From Candidatus Woesearchaeota archaeon (GTDB lineage Archaea > Nanobdellota > Nanobdellia > Woesearchaeales > GW2011-AR4), in assembly GCA_018303655.1 (NCBI GenBank), contig JAGVXT010000007.1, positions 18,228 through 82,227 on the forward strand: 64,000 bases of DNA. The letters run 5' to 3'. Under the pieces are notes generated by a model. It had not been told where the DNA came from. It made no database searches and saw nothing but the letters and a program-made list of their open reading frames with translations. Position 1 is the first letter of the stretch; the number at the start of each line of letters is the position of its first letter. Positions 37,794 to 46,858 of the stretch are shown piece by piece. A program made the position numbers and the translations under genes.

Positions 37794-39011
37794 TTACAAC
37801 TCCATCTCCAAAATCCTTCCAACCTCCTCCCTTACTCTTCTATCGAAATCAGGCACTGTCTCGCCTTCCTGCTTTTCAGCTGATAATGTTTTCATTAGGC
37901 TTTTTATTAATTCCTCTTCTTTCTCCAATGTCAAATTTTCCAGCTTAATCTGGCCAAGATGCTCCTTAATCAAAAATGACTCAATATCTTCCACATTTCC
38001 TGCATCTGTTTTTATCTCCTCGAAATCTTTTGATGTAACTGCATGCGAGCTTTTCATCACAAAATACGCTGATTTGTCATAAAGAAAATTAAAGATTTCC
38101 CTGAAGTCAATGTCGCTTGGTTTCCCTGACTCCAGAATTCCATGAAGCCTTATCAATACAACTGTGTTATTTAACTCCTTATTCTTAAAATGGGTTAAAA
38201 TATCATTTTTTATCTCGTCTGGGGTCATATGGTCGCATTTAACATCCAGTTTTGCAATATTGTAAATCTGTATCGGCTCCCATCTAACATTTTCATTTTC
38301 AACAATGTAAAATCCGCCCCTCTCCAGCTTCTCCAGTTCAGCAAAAGAATTTGGAAACAGCGGTCCTGGATATGCAATCCTTCCATAGCCTTCAATCTGC
38401 TTGTCATCAACAATGTGGACATGCCCCCCTGCGTAATAGTCAAAGCCTTTTGGCAGCAATGACAACGGCTGCGAGATTATATTCTCCATTTCCTTTGGCT
38501 TAAGCTCGTCAATTCCGGAATGAAACAAAAAGATTTTGTAGCCATCTTCTTTTTCCAGATTGTCTATGATTAACTTCTCGTAATACGCTTTTTCCAAAGC
38601 CCCTCTTTTTCCGAGAATCCCTGTTATTTTGGCGCCTGTTTTTTTGTCAGTTGTAAAATTCAGCTTCAGTTTTCCATTTTCAACAGTTCCCTTGAAAACA
38701 TTGACAAACAATCCGGCTTCTTCCAGCACGTCTAGAATGGTCTTGCCGCTTGGGCTGTAGTCGTGAGAGCCAGGCACAATGTAAACAGGAATGCTCAAGT
38801 CTTTCAGCTGCTTGAATTTCATTACAACTGCCTTTAAATTGTCAAGCCTTGGAAATGACGTGTTGAACAAGTCTCCTGCTATAAGAATAAAGTCCACTTC
38901 TTCCTTTATGCACTTGTCAACTGCCTTGCTGAAAGCCAGTGTGCTTGTATCCCTAAGCTTTGGATCTCTCCATGAACCGATATGGCAGTCTGCCAGATGC
39001 GCGAATTTCAT
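37794..39011 (-). CDS. mre11: Mre11 DNA double-strand-break repair nuclease
   Basis: MKFAHLADCHIG, GDLF, PGSHDY and GGHVH phosphoesterase motifs. The start was taken at the internal Met abutting the herA stop. Confidence 0.85.
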   Translation of the reverse strand: MKFAHLADCHIGSWRDPKLRDTSTLAFSKAVDKCIKEEVDFILIAGDLFNTSFPRLDNLKAVVMKFKQLKDLSIPVYIVPGSHDYSPSGKTILDVLEEAGLFVNVFKGTVENGKLKLNFTTDKKTGAKITGILGKRGALEKAYYEKLIIDNLEKEDGYKIFLFHSGIDELKPKEMENIISQPLSLLPKGFDYYAGGHVHIVDDKQIEGYGRIAYPGPLFPNSFAELEKLERGGFYIVENENVRWEPIQIYNIAKLDVKCDHMTPDEIKNDILTHFKNKELNNTVVLIRLHGILESGKPSDIDFREIFNFLYDKSAYFVMKSSHAVTSKDFEEIKTDAGNVEDIESFLIKEHLGQIKLENLTLEKEEELIKSLMKTLSAEKQEGETVPDFDRRVREEVGRILEMEL

Positions 39012-39012
39012 T

Positions 39013-40560
39013 TTACCCCAGCTCGCTAAACTCCATCGCAATTTCCCCCTTTCCTTTCAAAGTTTTCTTAACAGCATCCTCAAAATATGGAATGCTTATC
39101 GGAGTCACAAATTTTGCAAAATTGCTTGTTATCAGCGCTTCTCCAATGTCAAGAGAAGCTATTGTCCTGTCATCGTCGCTTAAGTCTTGTGAAGCGCTTT
39201 CAATAATTGCTTGGCGTTCAGGCTTCATCTCAATGCCAAGAATTATCTTGGTATTCATGTTTGCAAGTATCTCTCTGGGAATCAAAGAAGGCAACTGAGT
39301 TATTGCGGTCAGTCCAACCTTGAATTTGCGTCCTTCCCTTGCAATTGTTAAGAATATGTTTGGGCCTGCTTCCAAAACCTCCTTTCCAAGCACCCTTGGG
39401 GCCTCTTCCAAGACAATTGAAACAACAGGCTTGTCATTTAAATTTCCGTTCATCTTGTAAAATTTATACCTGTTAAAAACTTCGTTTGCAATCAGGCTTC
39501 CGATAAGCAATTCAACCGCCCCTGAAAAGTTTGAGGTGTCAATTACAGCAATTCTTCCTTCCTCAAGGTGTTTGCATATGTCGCTTATTGTTGCAAAGCC
39601 CGAGTTCAGTTGAAAAACGCCATTGCAGAATAATTGGCTATTGGAAAATTCCAAATCAAGCAGATACAGCAGCCTTCTTTTTACAACAGCCATTGTGTCG
39701 TCTTTAAACACTTTTCCGATGCCCAAATCTTTTTCCAGAATTACGGCTTCTATCCATTTGTCGCCAAATTCCTTATGGTAGATGTTCAGGCACTGCCTTT
39801 GCGCATCGCTGAAATCAATCACGCCTTCAAAATGAAACGGCTTTATGATGTCAAGGTTGATTCTCAGAGTATTTGTGCCTATTGGCGCATTCCTGGACGT
39901 GTAATAAACAATGTTCTCCTTGTTTGGATGGTCTTTCAACCCAATTTTGTTCCTTCCATAATACTCATCATGCGGGTCAAGCACCAAAATCCCGTAATTT
40001 CTTCCGATGGCATTCCACAACAAGTTTGACACCAAAACGCTTTTTCCTCTTCCTGTTGTGCCCGCTATCAGAATGTGGTGCGAAAAAACCTTTTCGCCGT
40101 CAAGATATATGGGAACATCAAGCACTTTTGAGCCGCTTCTTAAGTTGCCGACAAACAGCGGATTTCTCGGTTTTGTCAAAAAGCTTAGGTCATTCTCATT
40201 AATTTCTTTCACTTCAGAAAAAACACTTGGCAGGGCTTTGCTTACGAAGGCATTTTTATCCTTTATAGTTACAAGGCTTTTCATCATTGCAAGCATGTAA
40301 CTCCTCAAATTTGCGTCAAAAAGCTCGAATTCGGTGTTTTCCTCAAGCTTCATTCCAGAAATCATCTCAAGATTCTGCTGCGAAATCTGGCTTCCATAGA
40401 TTAAGTCATAAACTTGCATCAATATTTTCCCGTCACTTGAATCAGCGATTAATAATTCTCCAATTTCAATAGACTGCCCGGATTTTTGCCTTGCAATTAT
40501 CCTCCCAAATTCCCCAGAAATGATTTGGCCTTTTAACATATACTCACCCACAATATCCAT
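39013..40560 (-). CDS. herA: HerA bipolar DNA helicase
   Basis: [14 protein letters not shown] Walker A, a HAS-barrel-like N-terminus and a position upstream of mre11. Confidence 0.85.
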   Translation of the reverse strand: MDIVGEYMLKGQIISGEFGRIIARQKSGQSIEIGELLIADSSDGKILMQVYDLIYGSQISQQNLEMISGMKLEENTEFELFDANLRSYMLAMMKSLVTIKDKNAFVSKALPSVFSEVKEINENDLSFLTKPRNPLFVGNLRSGSKVLDVPIYLDGEKVFSHHILIAGTTGRGKSVLVSNLLWNAIGRNYGILVLDPHDEYYGRNKIGLKDHPNKENIVYYTSRNAPIGTNTLRINLDIIKPFHFEGVIDFSDAQRQCLNIYHKEFGDKWIEAVILEKDLGIGKVFKDDTMAVVKRRLLYLLDLEFSNSQLFCNGVFQLNSGFATISDICKHLEEGRIAVIDTSNFSGAVELLIGSLIANEVFNRYKFYKMNGNLNDKPVVSIVLEEAPRVLGKEVLEAGPNIFLTIAREGRKFKVGLTAITQLPSLIPREILANMNTKIILGIEMKPERQAIIESASQDLSDDDRTIASLDIGEALITSNFAKFVTPISIPYFEDAVKKTLKGKGEIAMEFSELG

Positions 40561-40651
40561 TATTATTTGTTGTGGCTTCGAAATAATGCCGGAAATTTTT
40601 ATTACATATCAACATTTGCAAAATGTCGGAAATTTATAATTTCCGAGCACC

Positions 40652-40678
40652 ATCGAAAATTGCTTTGCAATTTATCGA
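40652..40678 (+). repeat. 27-nt near-palindromic intergenic repeat ATCGAAAATTGCTTTGCAATTTATCGA, copy 1
   Basis: Identical to 55545..55571. A degenerate relative lies at about 10768..10790. Confidence 0.8.
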
Positions 40679-40833
40679 GGATTTCCGAGCATGCTCAAAA
40701 ATTCCTTAATGTATTCGTAACATGGAATTTTTGACATTCAAGAACAACATACATAAAATTTCTACTTACTTGTTCTTGAACATACCACCCAGAAGTAAAG
40801 AATAAAATGAGGTATATAAAAGTTATGCAAATT

Positions 40834-41997
40834 TCAGCTTAGTTTTGGAGGCAATAATAATTTTTTTCCATACAGGTAAGCCAGAATAGCGGATACCAGA
40901 GTTGAGGTTACAAGAATCACTACTACAGTAGTTAGGGTTACCTTATCGGATATGTGGCCTATGCTCAGTATAGTTGCTATTGTATTAGGAACAAGCACAA
41001 CTGTGCCTAATACTGTAAGCCAAACAACAATCAGAGCAAGCCGGTTATTCAGCATCTGTAATTGGTTGTTGTAAATGCTCTGTAAAACTTCCAGTCCAGA
41101 AGCAAGTACTGTGGACATCTGCTCGCTTATTGAGATTTGTCTTGTCAAGTCTGTGCTTAACATCCCTACTTTTTGCAAGATGATGGGGTCGTCTGTTATC
41201 AATTCAGCGTCTCCGTATCTTAAGTAATGGACAACATCCAAAGAAGCCCACAATGCCTCAAGGTAAGAAATCAATGCATGCTTCATTTTGTATATGTCAT
41301 TGCCTAGTTCTTGCCGTGGAAACGTTGGCTGTATCAGATACTTGCTTATTTCTTCCCCCTGCTCCTGTATTGCCCTTATCCCGTCAAAGTTCCTTTCATT
41401 GTTCTCGTCAAGAATCCTTATCAAAACAAGCGATATTTTATCCACATCATCCAGGTTTTTTGGCACTTTTTTGAAGGATGTGACTGCATACCTCGCAAAC
41501 TTTACAAGCCTTGTGACATGCTCGCCGTGGATTGTGACAATCAGATTATTTTTCATCAAAATTATAAGCTTGTTTATCTCAACATCAAGCTTTGTGACCC
41601 TGACAGCCGGAAGCATCAGCCCGATCTCTGTTGTGTGGTCGTCATAGCCTGAAAATCTTTGCGATACAAGCTCATGAATAATTGATGGGGTGAATCCAAG
41701 CATGGAAGCAACCTTGCTTCCGTTTTCCTTCAAATCATCAACCTGAACATTAACCCATGCAAAATCAGACTCTTTGATTGTCTGCAGGAATTCCTCTGCT
41801 TTTCCTTCAATTTTTACCGTGCTGCCGTTTTTAAGCATTGCAACGCAGAAAGTAGGGCTGGCATTGTTAGTTGATTGGTTCAGGGAAGTTTCAATTTTTG
41901 ATTCTGTTTCATGATTATGCTTCATTTTGCCTCTATCCTTACTATCTGCTCTATTTCCTCTTTTGACACTGCGCATCCGTTTAGTTTTACTCCCCAT
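40834..41997 (-). CDS. CorA-like divalent cation transporter family protein (GMN motif not evident)
   Basis: A large cytoplasmic domain plus two C-terminal TM helices ending YGKKLL. The canonical GMN motif was not found. Confidence 0.45.
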   Translation of the reverse strand: MGSKTKRMRSVKRGNRADSKDRGKMKHNHETESKIETSLNQSTNNASPTFCVAMLKNGSTVKIEGKAEEFLQTIKESDFAWVNVQVDDLKENGSKVASMLGFTPSIIHELVSQRFSGYDDHTTEIGLMLPAVRVTKLDVEINKLIILMKNNLIVTIHGEHVTRLVKFARYAVTSFKKVPKNLDDVDKISLVLIRILDENNERNFDGIRAIQEQGEEISKYLIQPTFPRQELGNDIYKMKHALISYLEALWASLDVVHYLRYGDAELITDDPIILQKVGMLSTDLTRQISISEQMSTVLASGLEVLQSIYNNQLQMLNNRLALIVVWLTVLGTVVLVPNTIATILSIGHISDKVTLTTVVVILVTSTLVSAILAYLYGKKLLLPPKLS

Positions 41998-42611
41998 AGC
42001 ACGCTTTCCAGCAGGTTTTTTCTTGCATCAGGCAGTTTTGTTATGTAATTATCCAATAATCCAGTCTCATAAGCCATGGTCACAAGCTCTATAGAGCGTA
42101 TCGCCTTTACGTCCTTGACCACTGCATTAAACTCTTTTAAATTACTTTCGCTTATGCTTATTGGGGTGTGCAATGTCTTTTTCAGGATTTCAACAATCAT
42201 TTTTGGATTTTCTATCAGAAATCTTGTAGTTTTTTCGTCTATGGCAACAGCATCGGCATTTAAGCTGATCGCAGCCGCTATAACAGATATTTCAGCATAA
42301 TGCACAATATTGATGTAATTGTAGTATGCCTTGAAAATTTCATTGGCTGTGTTAAGCAAATTTGGGGTTTTTTCCCTTATAAAATCATTGTCAATAATGT
42401 CAAGCACTCCATTTTCTATCAGCCTTTCAACTTGAATTGCCTCAAACTTGAATTTTTTTGTTTCGAGTGGCCTGTCAACAATTTCTTTTCTAACTGCTTC
42501 TGTAATGTAGAATTTTCCGCCAAATTTCTTTTTCAAAGGCTCGAGTATCCACAAAAGGTTGTTCATTGCCAAGCTTATCACAGGCCCTGCGTCAAATATT
42601 AACGATTTCAT
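41922..42611 (-). CDS. PIN-like domain protein (predicted)
   Basis: N-terminal IFDAGPVISL plus later acidic residues (YAEIS, AIDEKT), with an upstream partner gene that overlaps it. Confidence 0.35.
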   Translation of the reverse strand: MKSLIFDAGPVISLAMNNLLWILEPLKKKFGGKFYITEAVRKEIVDRPLETKKFKFEAIQVERLIENGVLDIIDNDFIREKTPNLLNTANEIFKAYYNYINIVHYAEISVIAAAISLNADAVAIDEKTTRFLIENPKMIVEILKKTLHTPISISESNLKEFNAVVKDVKAIRSIELVTMAYETGLLDNYITKLPDARKNLLESVLWGVKLNGCAVSKEEIEQIVRIEAK

Positions 42612-43162
42612 TGGAACAGGCTCCTCGCAAACTTCAGTCTTTTTGCAACATTCACGGGCTCGCTGAACTGGTCAATCAATGTTGTCTTGCCTATATAATG
42701 CATCAGATCCCATTGGGAAATGCCAAGCACTTCTGCAGCTCTTGCAACGGAAATCCCGTGCTCGCACAGCTTGCAACCTTTCTTTATCTGGGCCTGGTTT
42801 ATAACTTCGTGAATGTACATCTTTATTTTTTCATCCATTACTTTTATGAAGCTGAAAATGCTTTTTATCGACTTTCTGAACATGTCATCATCGTTGTTCT
42901 TTAAATTTGAAATGCTGGAATTTAGCATGCTCAAAATTTTATTGTAGTCAAGATCTCTTTGTTTTCTTTCAATTATCTTTGACAAGGCATAGATTAAGAT
43001 GGCAACAGAAATGCTGTCTTCATCCTGAAAAACGCTGGCATTATGAATGACGTGGTTGCTTAATTCCTTAATTTGAATTATATCAGCATCTTCCCTCACT
43101 TTTAGAATTTCAACCAATTCACTCAAGACAGCAAGTATGTCTTTTTTAATTATGTCGTGCAT
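42608..43162 (-). CDS. Hypothetical protein with a C-terminal HTH (UPF0175-like), partner of the PIN-like gene
   Basis: GISVARAAEVLGISQWDLMHYIGK. Confidence 0.35.
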   Translation of the reverse strand: MHDIIKKDILAVLSELVEILKVREDADIIQIKELSNHVIHNASVFQDEDSISVAILIYALSKIIERKQRDLDYNKILSMLNSSISNLKNNDDDMFRKSIKSIFSFIKVMDEKIKMYIHEVINQAQIKKGCKLCEHGISVARAAEVLGISQWDLMHYIGKTTLIDQFSEPVNVAKRLKFARSLFQ

Positions 43163-43297
43163 TGAGGAATTTTGGAATTAGATGTTATATAAAAGTTTTG
43201 GTTTTGAAAAATACTACTGGCTAGTTTAACATTTGTGCAATAAATTTGCAATTAAAACAAAATATATAAATGGTAGTAATCAAAATTAGGATAGTAA

Positions 43298-43978
43298 ATG
43301 CCTGCAGATTCTCTTGAAAATATAGCGGTGGATGTTCCTAAGAGAACTAGAGTAACCAGGGCTCCGTATCGCAACGGAAGTAATTCTCACTATGCTGACC
43401 CCGCAAATACTACGTTTCAAAAAGAGGCATTGCAGCATATGGATAATTTGTACAATTTTGCCATATTTTTAACGAGAAAACCTTCTGAAGCTGATGATTT
43501 AGTGCAGGAAACTTATTTTAGAGCTTTCAGATTTCAGGATAAATTTCAGCTCGGGACACACATGAGAGCTTGGTTGTTTCAGATAATGAGAAATAATTTC
43601 TTGACACAATACCATAGAAGAGAGCGGGAAACTGCTAATGCTGAAACTGGTGTTCCCGACCACGATGTTCCGATGTTCTATGATGCACCAGCTTATGATA
43701 GCAGCACAATGGAAGTTCATACAGATTTGGAGCGCGCAATGCGCCGAATTCCTGAAGATTTTGGCAAAGCGCTTTTGTTGAGTGAAGTTGAAGGAATGCC
43801 TCTAGAAGAAATTGCTAGTGTTATGGCATGCCCTGTTGGAACTGTCAAGTCAAGAGTTTTCAGGGCAAAGGAGCGCTTGCGTGGATTATTAAGGGATTAT
43901 GATGGGGAATACGATGGACATTACAGAACTCCAGCCAAAAGAGCGTATAATGGAACATCTATAAATTTTTTTGCTTAA
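43298..43978 (+). CDS. ECF-type RNA polymerase sigma-70 factor (bacterial type)
   Basis: Region 2 DDLVQETYFRAFRFQDKF...RAWLFQIMRNNFLTQYHRRER and region 4 LSEVEGMPLEEIASVMACPVGTVKSRVFRAKERL. Confidence 0.8.
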   Translation: MPADSLENIAVDVPKRTRVTRAPYRNGSNSHYADPANTTFQKEALQHMDNLYNFAIFLTRKPSEADDLVQETYFRAFRFQDKFQLGTHMRAWLFQIMRNNFLTQYHRRERETANAETGVPDHDVPMFYDAPAYDSSTMEVHTDLERAMRRIPEDFGKALLLSEVEGMPLEEIASVMACPVGTVKSRVFRAKERLRGLLRDYDGEYDGHYRTPAKRAYNGTSINFFA

Positions 43979-43989
43979 AACTTAAATTA

Positions 43990-44887
43990 TTATAATCCTA
44001 AAAGTTTTTCCACATTCCTCTTAGCTTCTTCCTTTCCCTGCACCAATAATTTTCCATTCTTATAAAGAATAACCGTGCAAGGCCCTTTCATGACCGCTAG
44101 CTCATGCTCTGATTTTGGCTTTTTAAAATGAAAGCCGAAATCTTCAAGTTTTTTCAAATCCTCCAAAGTATGGCTTTTGTGCTTCTGTTCTTCTTTTAGG
44201 AATTGTGTGAAGTCAGATAAACTTTTCTGGAATTTCTTGTTAACCAAATTCTGATATGGAAACCAGCTTTTCCTGAAAATTTCAGGATAATTTTCATAAT
44301 TGTTCTTTAGGAATTCAACTGTTTTTGGGTCTGTCATGTACCCGGAGCCGAAATCTATGCCCAGCTCTTTTTTTAGCAGCTCTATTTCCGTATCCCTTGT
44401 AACTTTGGCCAGAATAGAAGCAGCGCTGACGACTGGGTGATTTAAGTCTGCTTTGTGCTCCAGAACTAATTTAATGTCTTTATTTTTTAATTTCTTCAAG
44501 AGATATACCCTATATTTTTCAATATTATTTCCAGGAGCGTCGATAATCGCTTTATTTGGATTCAAATTATCCAGTATTTCTGCCGATTTATCTGCTTCAA
44601 GCCAGTTTAGGTTTAAACCATCATGTCCTCTCACTGCCTTATCAATCTCCTGTGGGTTAATTATAATAAGCTTATATTTATGTGAGATTTTAAGGATTTT
44701 AGTGTACAGGCCTTCCCTTTCTTCTCTAGTTAAAAGCTTTGAATCCTTTACTTTTATCTTCCTTAACTGGGTTTCTTGTTTCTCTTCTATCTGAAAACCA
44801 CACATTACCAAGGGACCAATGATGGGACCTTAAGGCGAGCCTTTAAAGCTCTCTGCCTGCCTCATCAATCCCGCAGACTGTAGTCAT
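43990..44887 (-). CDS. rnhB: RNase HII, interrupted by a 22-nt BHB intron (exons 44853..44887 and 43990..44830; spliced product 291 aa)
   Basis: Exon 1 encodes MTTVCGIDEAGR and exon 2 continues GPIIGPLVMCGF...DSKLLT...HKAD..HPVVSAASILAKV. The unspliced frame hits TAA after GRE-L. Confidence 0.8.
44831..44852 (-). other. Predicted bulge-helix-bulge intron in the rnhB mRNA
   Basis: Central helix AGGC/GCCU (4 Watson-Crick bp), bulges AGA and UAA, and an inner hairpin GAGC(U)/(G)GCUC. One of three sequence-equivalent frame-restoring deletions. Confidence 0.7.
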
Positions 44888-45909
44888 AAAACAATCACCT
44901 TTTTATGCGAATTAAGTCTTTTCCATTTTTTATCACTATTTCTTTTAACCAAATCTAATTTTTCCAATTCTTTAAGTCTTCTGAAAGATGATTTAAAATC
45001 TACATTAAAATACTTTGCTATTTCCATAGTGGATTTGTTAGAATCAACCAAATAATTGAGGTAGCTCAGCTTCAATTTCGAGATTATTATAATATGTTGG
45101 TCCCTTCTTATCCAGTAACTTTTACTGCCAGACCTAAAATTATTGATAATACCTTTCTCTTTTAAATCAATTAATACGTCTTGAAGTCTAGCTTCTGTTC
45201 TATTAAACTTAATTGCGAGTTCAGACGTCATATATGGATAAATCAACATTTTTAGAAGACTATTTTTTATGTGATGACTTTTATAGTGCCTCTCTTTGAA
45301 TTCACTGTAAATTCTCCAAAATTTTTCTTTTTTAATTGTGTGTAAATCAGCTACTTTTATATTGGCTAATTTTTCCCAATTATCCCAATGGGTTATAAAA
45401 TAGCTTCTATTTCCTGAGTTATAATTGAAATCTATTTTAAGATAATTAAGGATTTTTTCTAAGAAAATGCTAGGTAATTGAGAAATCATTACCGATCTAC
45501 TATTATGGGAACATGATTTTATACTACCTTCTCCTGCAAAAAATCCTCTTAAAATGTCTGGATAGAAAGTTGGATTATTTTTATACAATTCTGCGATATT
45601 CTTCCATTTTTTATTCAATTCTACAGAAGCTAATCTCCAAATGTAATAAGGCTTTGTTGCCCTCTCATCTATATAACTGTTTATTTTAGTAACTTCTAAC
45701 GGAACTGCTACATTTTCGCCAGTAGGAGTATAAACATAGATTCTTATATTGAATTTATGATTTGAGAACAATTTCTTGATATTTTTATGAAAAAATTCAA
45801 TTAGCTCAAACTGATTATTAGTAAAAGTAATTTCATTATTGCACTTATCATCCCCTTCAGCTAGCCATAAGCCAACGCATTCAGCAATTTCTTTGTTCAT
45901 TTTAACCAA
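44884..45909 (-). CDS. Free-standing LAGLIDADG-type homing-endonuclease-like protein with C-terminal wHTH domains
   Basis: Two LAGLIDADG-like motifs (VGLWLAEGD and LRGFFAGEGSI). The stop overlaps the rnhB ATG (ATGA). Confidence 0.65.
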   Translation of the reverse strand: MVKMNKEIAECVGLWLAEGDDKCNNEITFTNNQFELIEFFHKNIKKLFSNHKFNIRIYVYTPTGENVAVPLEVTKINSYIDERATKPYYIWRLASVELNKKWKNIAELYKNNPTFYPDILRGFFAGEGSIKSCSHNSRSVMISQLPSIFLEKILNYLKIDFNYNSGNRSYFITHWDNWEKLANIKVADLHTIKKEKFWRIYSEFKERHYKSHHIKNSLLKMLIYPYMTSELAIKFNRTEARLQDVLIDLKEKGIINNFRSGSKSYWIRRDQHIIIISKLKLSYLNYLVDSNKSTMEIAKYFNVDFKSSFRRLKELEKLDLVKRNSDKKWKRLNSHKKVIVL

Positions 45910-46115
45910 CCTCCAAATTTTTTATTTTATCAAAACTTTGGAGCACAAGAAAAAGAGAATGTTAAGCGAAACTGCGTAATTGATTTTCGTGTCGAAGACC
46001 AAAAAGCATTATTTGGCAGTTTTGCGTGTTCTCTTTTTCCAAAATGCAAGAATTCTTCCTTTATAAATATGACCTGAAGATGTCCAGTGGTATTCTTACT
46101 TTAGAATACGCCATA

Positions 46116-46436
46116 TTATAGTATTTTTGGACCAAAGATGAATAAAATTAACCAAAATGCGATAAGACAAACTGTAATTATTTGTATAATCAACCAAGAT
46201 TTCTTGAGGGTTTTGTTTGTAACATTAATTCTTGGTGCAATATACTTATTGTATAACCACATAAAAAAGTAGGTAATTGAAAGAAACGCAAAACCAGAAC
46301 CAAGCCCTTCCGCAATGCCACCATATAAATCACCTTCCGATAAAGCAGGTGTTAAACGAGAAAGAAAACCTAAAAGTACAATATAGCCTAATATGACCTT
46401 TTGAAACCATGATAATTTCCTGGTTTGTTCTTTCAT
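46116..46436 (-). CDS. Small membrane protein
   Basis: Three hydrophobic segments. Confidence 0.35.
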   Translation of the reverse strand: MKEQTRKLSWFQKVILGYIVLLGFLSRLTPALSEGDLYGGIAEGLGSGFAFLSITYFFMWLYNKYIAPRINVTNKTLKKSWLIIQIITVCLIAFWLILFIFGPKIL

Positions 46437-46708
46437 TTAAATCTAATAAATTAGTTTAGAAAGTGTATATAAATACTTTTTGCATTGTTTATAAAAATTG
46501 TGAGATAAAGTGCTAAAATGCATCCATTATCCCACTGTAATATTTAAGGTTCCACACCGGAACATCCAAATTTAAGTCTTGAAAAACTTAAAGTCTGGAT
46601 AAAAATCCTGCTCCTCCAAAAACCACAATCACTAAAAAAGTCCATAATAGGACTAATAATTGTAGTTTAAGGAAGATGTCTCCCTTAATCTCTTCCATAA
46701 TCATAAAA

Positions 46709-46812
46709 TAGCGGGGGCTGGATTTGAACCAACGACCTATGGGTTATGAGCCCATCGGGCACTCCTGATTAGGCGTTTAGGACAAAATCCTAAAACTCTG
46801 CCCTACCCCGCT
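46709..46812 (-). tRNA. Initiator-type tRNA-Met(CAU) with a 29-nt D-loop intron (46769..46797, about position 15/16)
   Basis: A1:U72 acceptor AGCGGGG/CCCCGCU, anticodon arm AUGGG-CUCAUAA-CCCAU with three G:C pairs, and T arm GUUGG-UUCAAAU-CCAGC. The intron BHB has the D-stem strand GGGC paired to GCCU. Confidence 0.85.
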
Positions 46813-46837
46813 GTAACATTTGAGAAATAAACTTCGT

Positions 46838-46845
46838 TTATAAAC
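46838..46845 (-). promoter_or_regulatory. TATA box for initiator tRNA
   Basis: TTTATAAA lies 26-33 nt upstream of tRNA position 1. Confidence 0.45.
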
Positions 46846-46858
46846 GTTACTGAAACAG

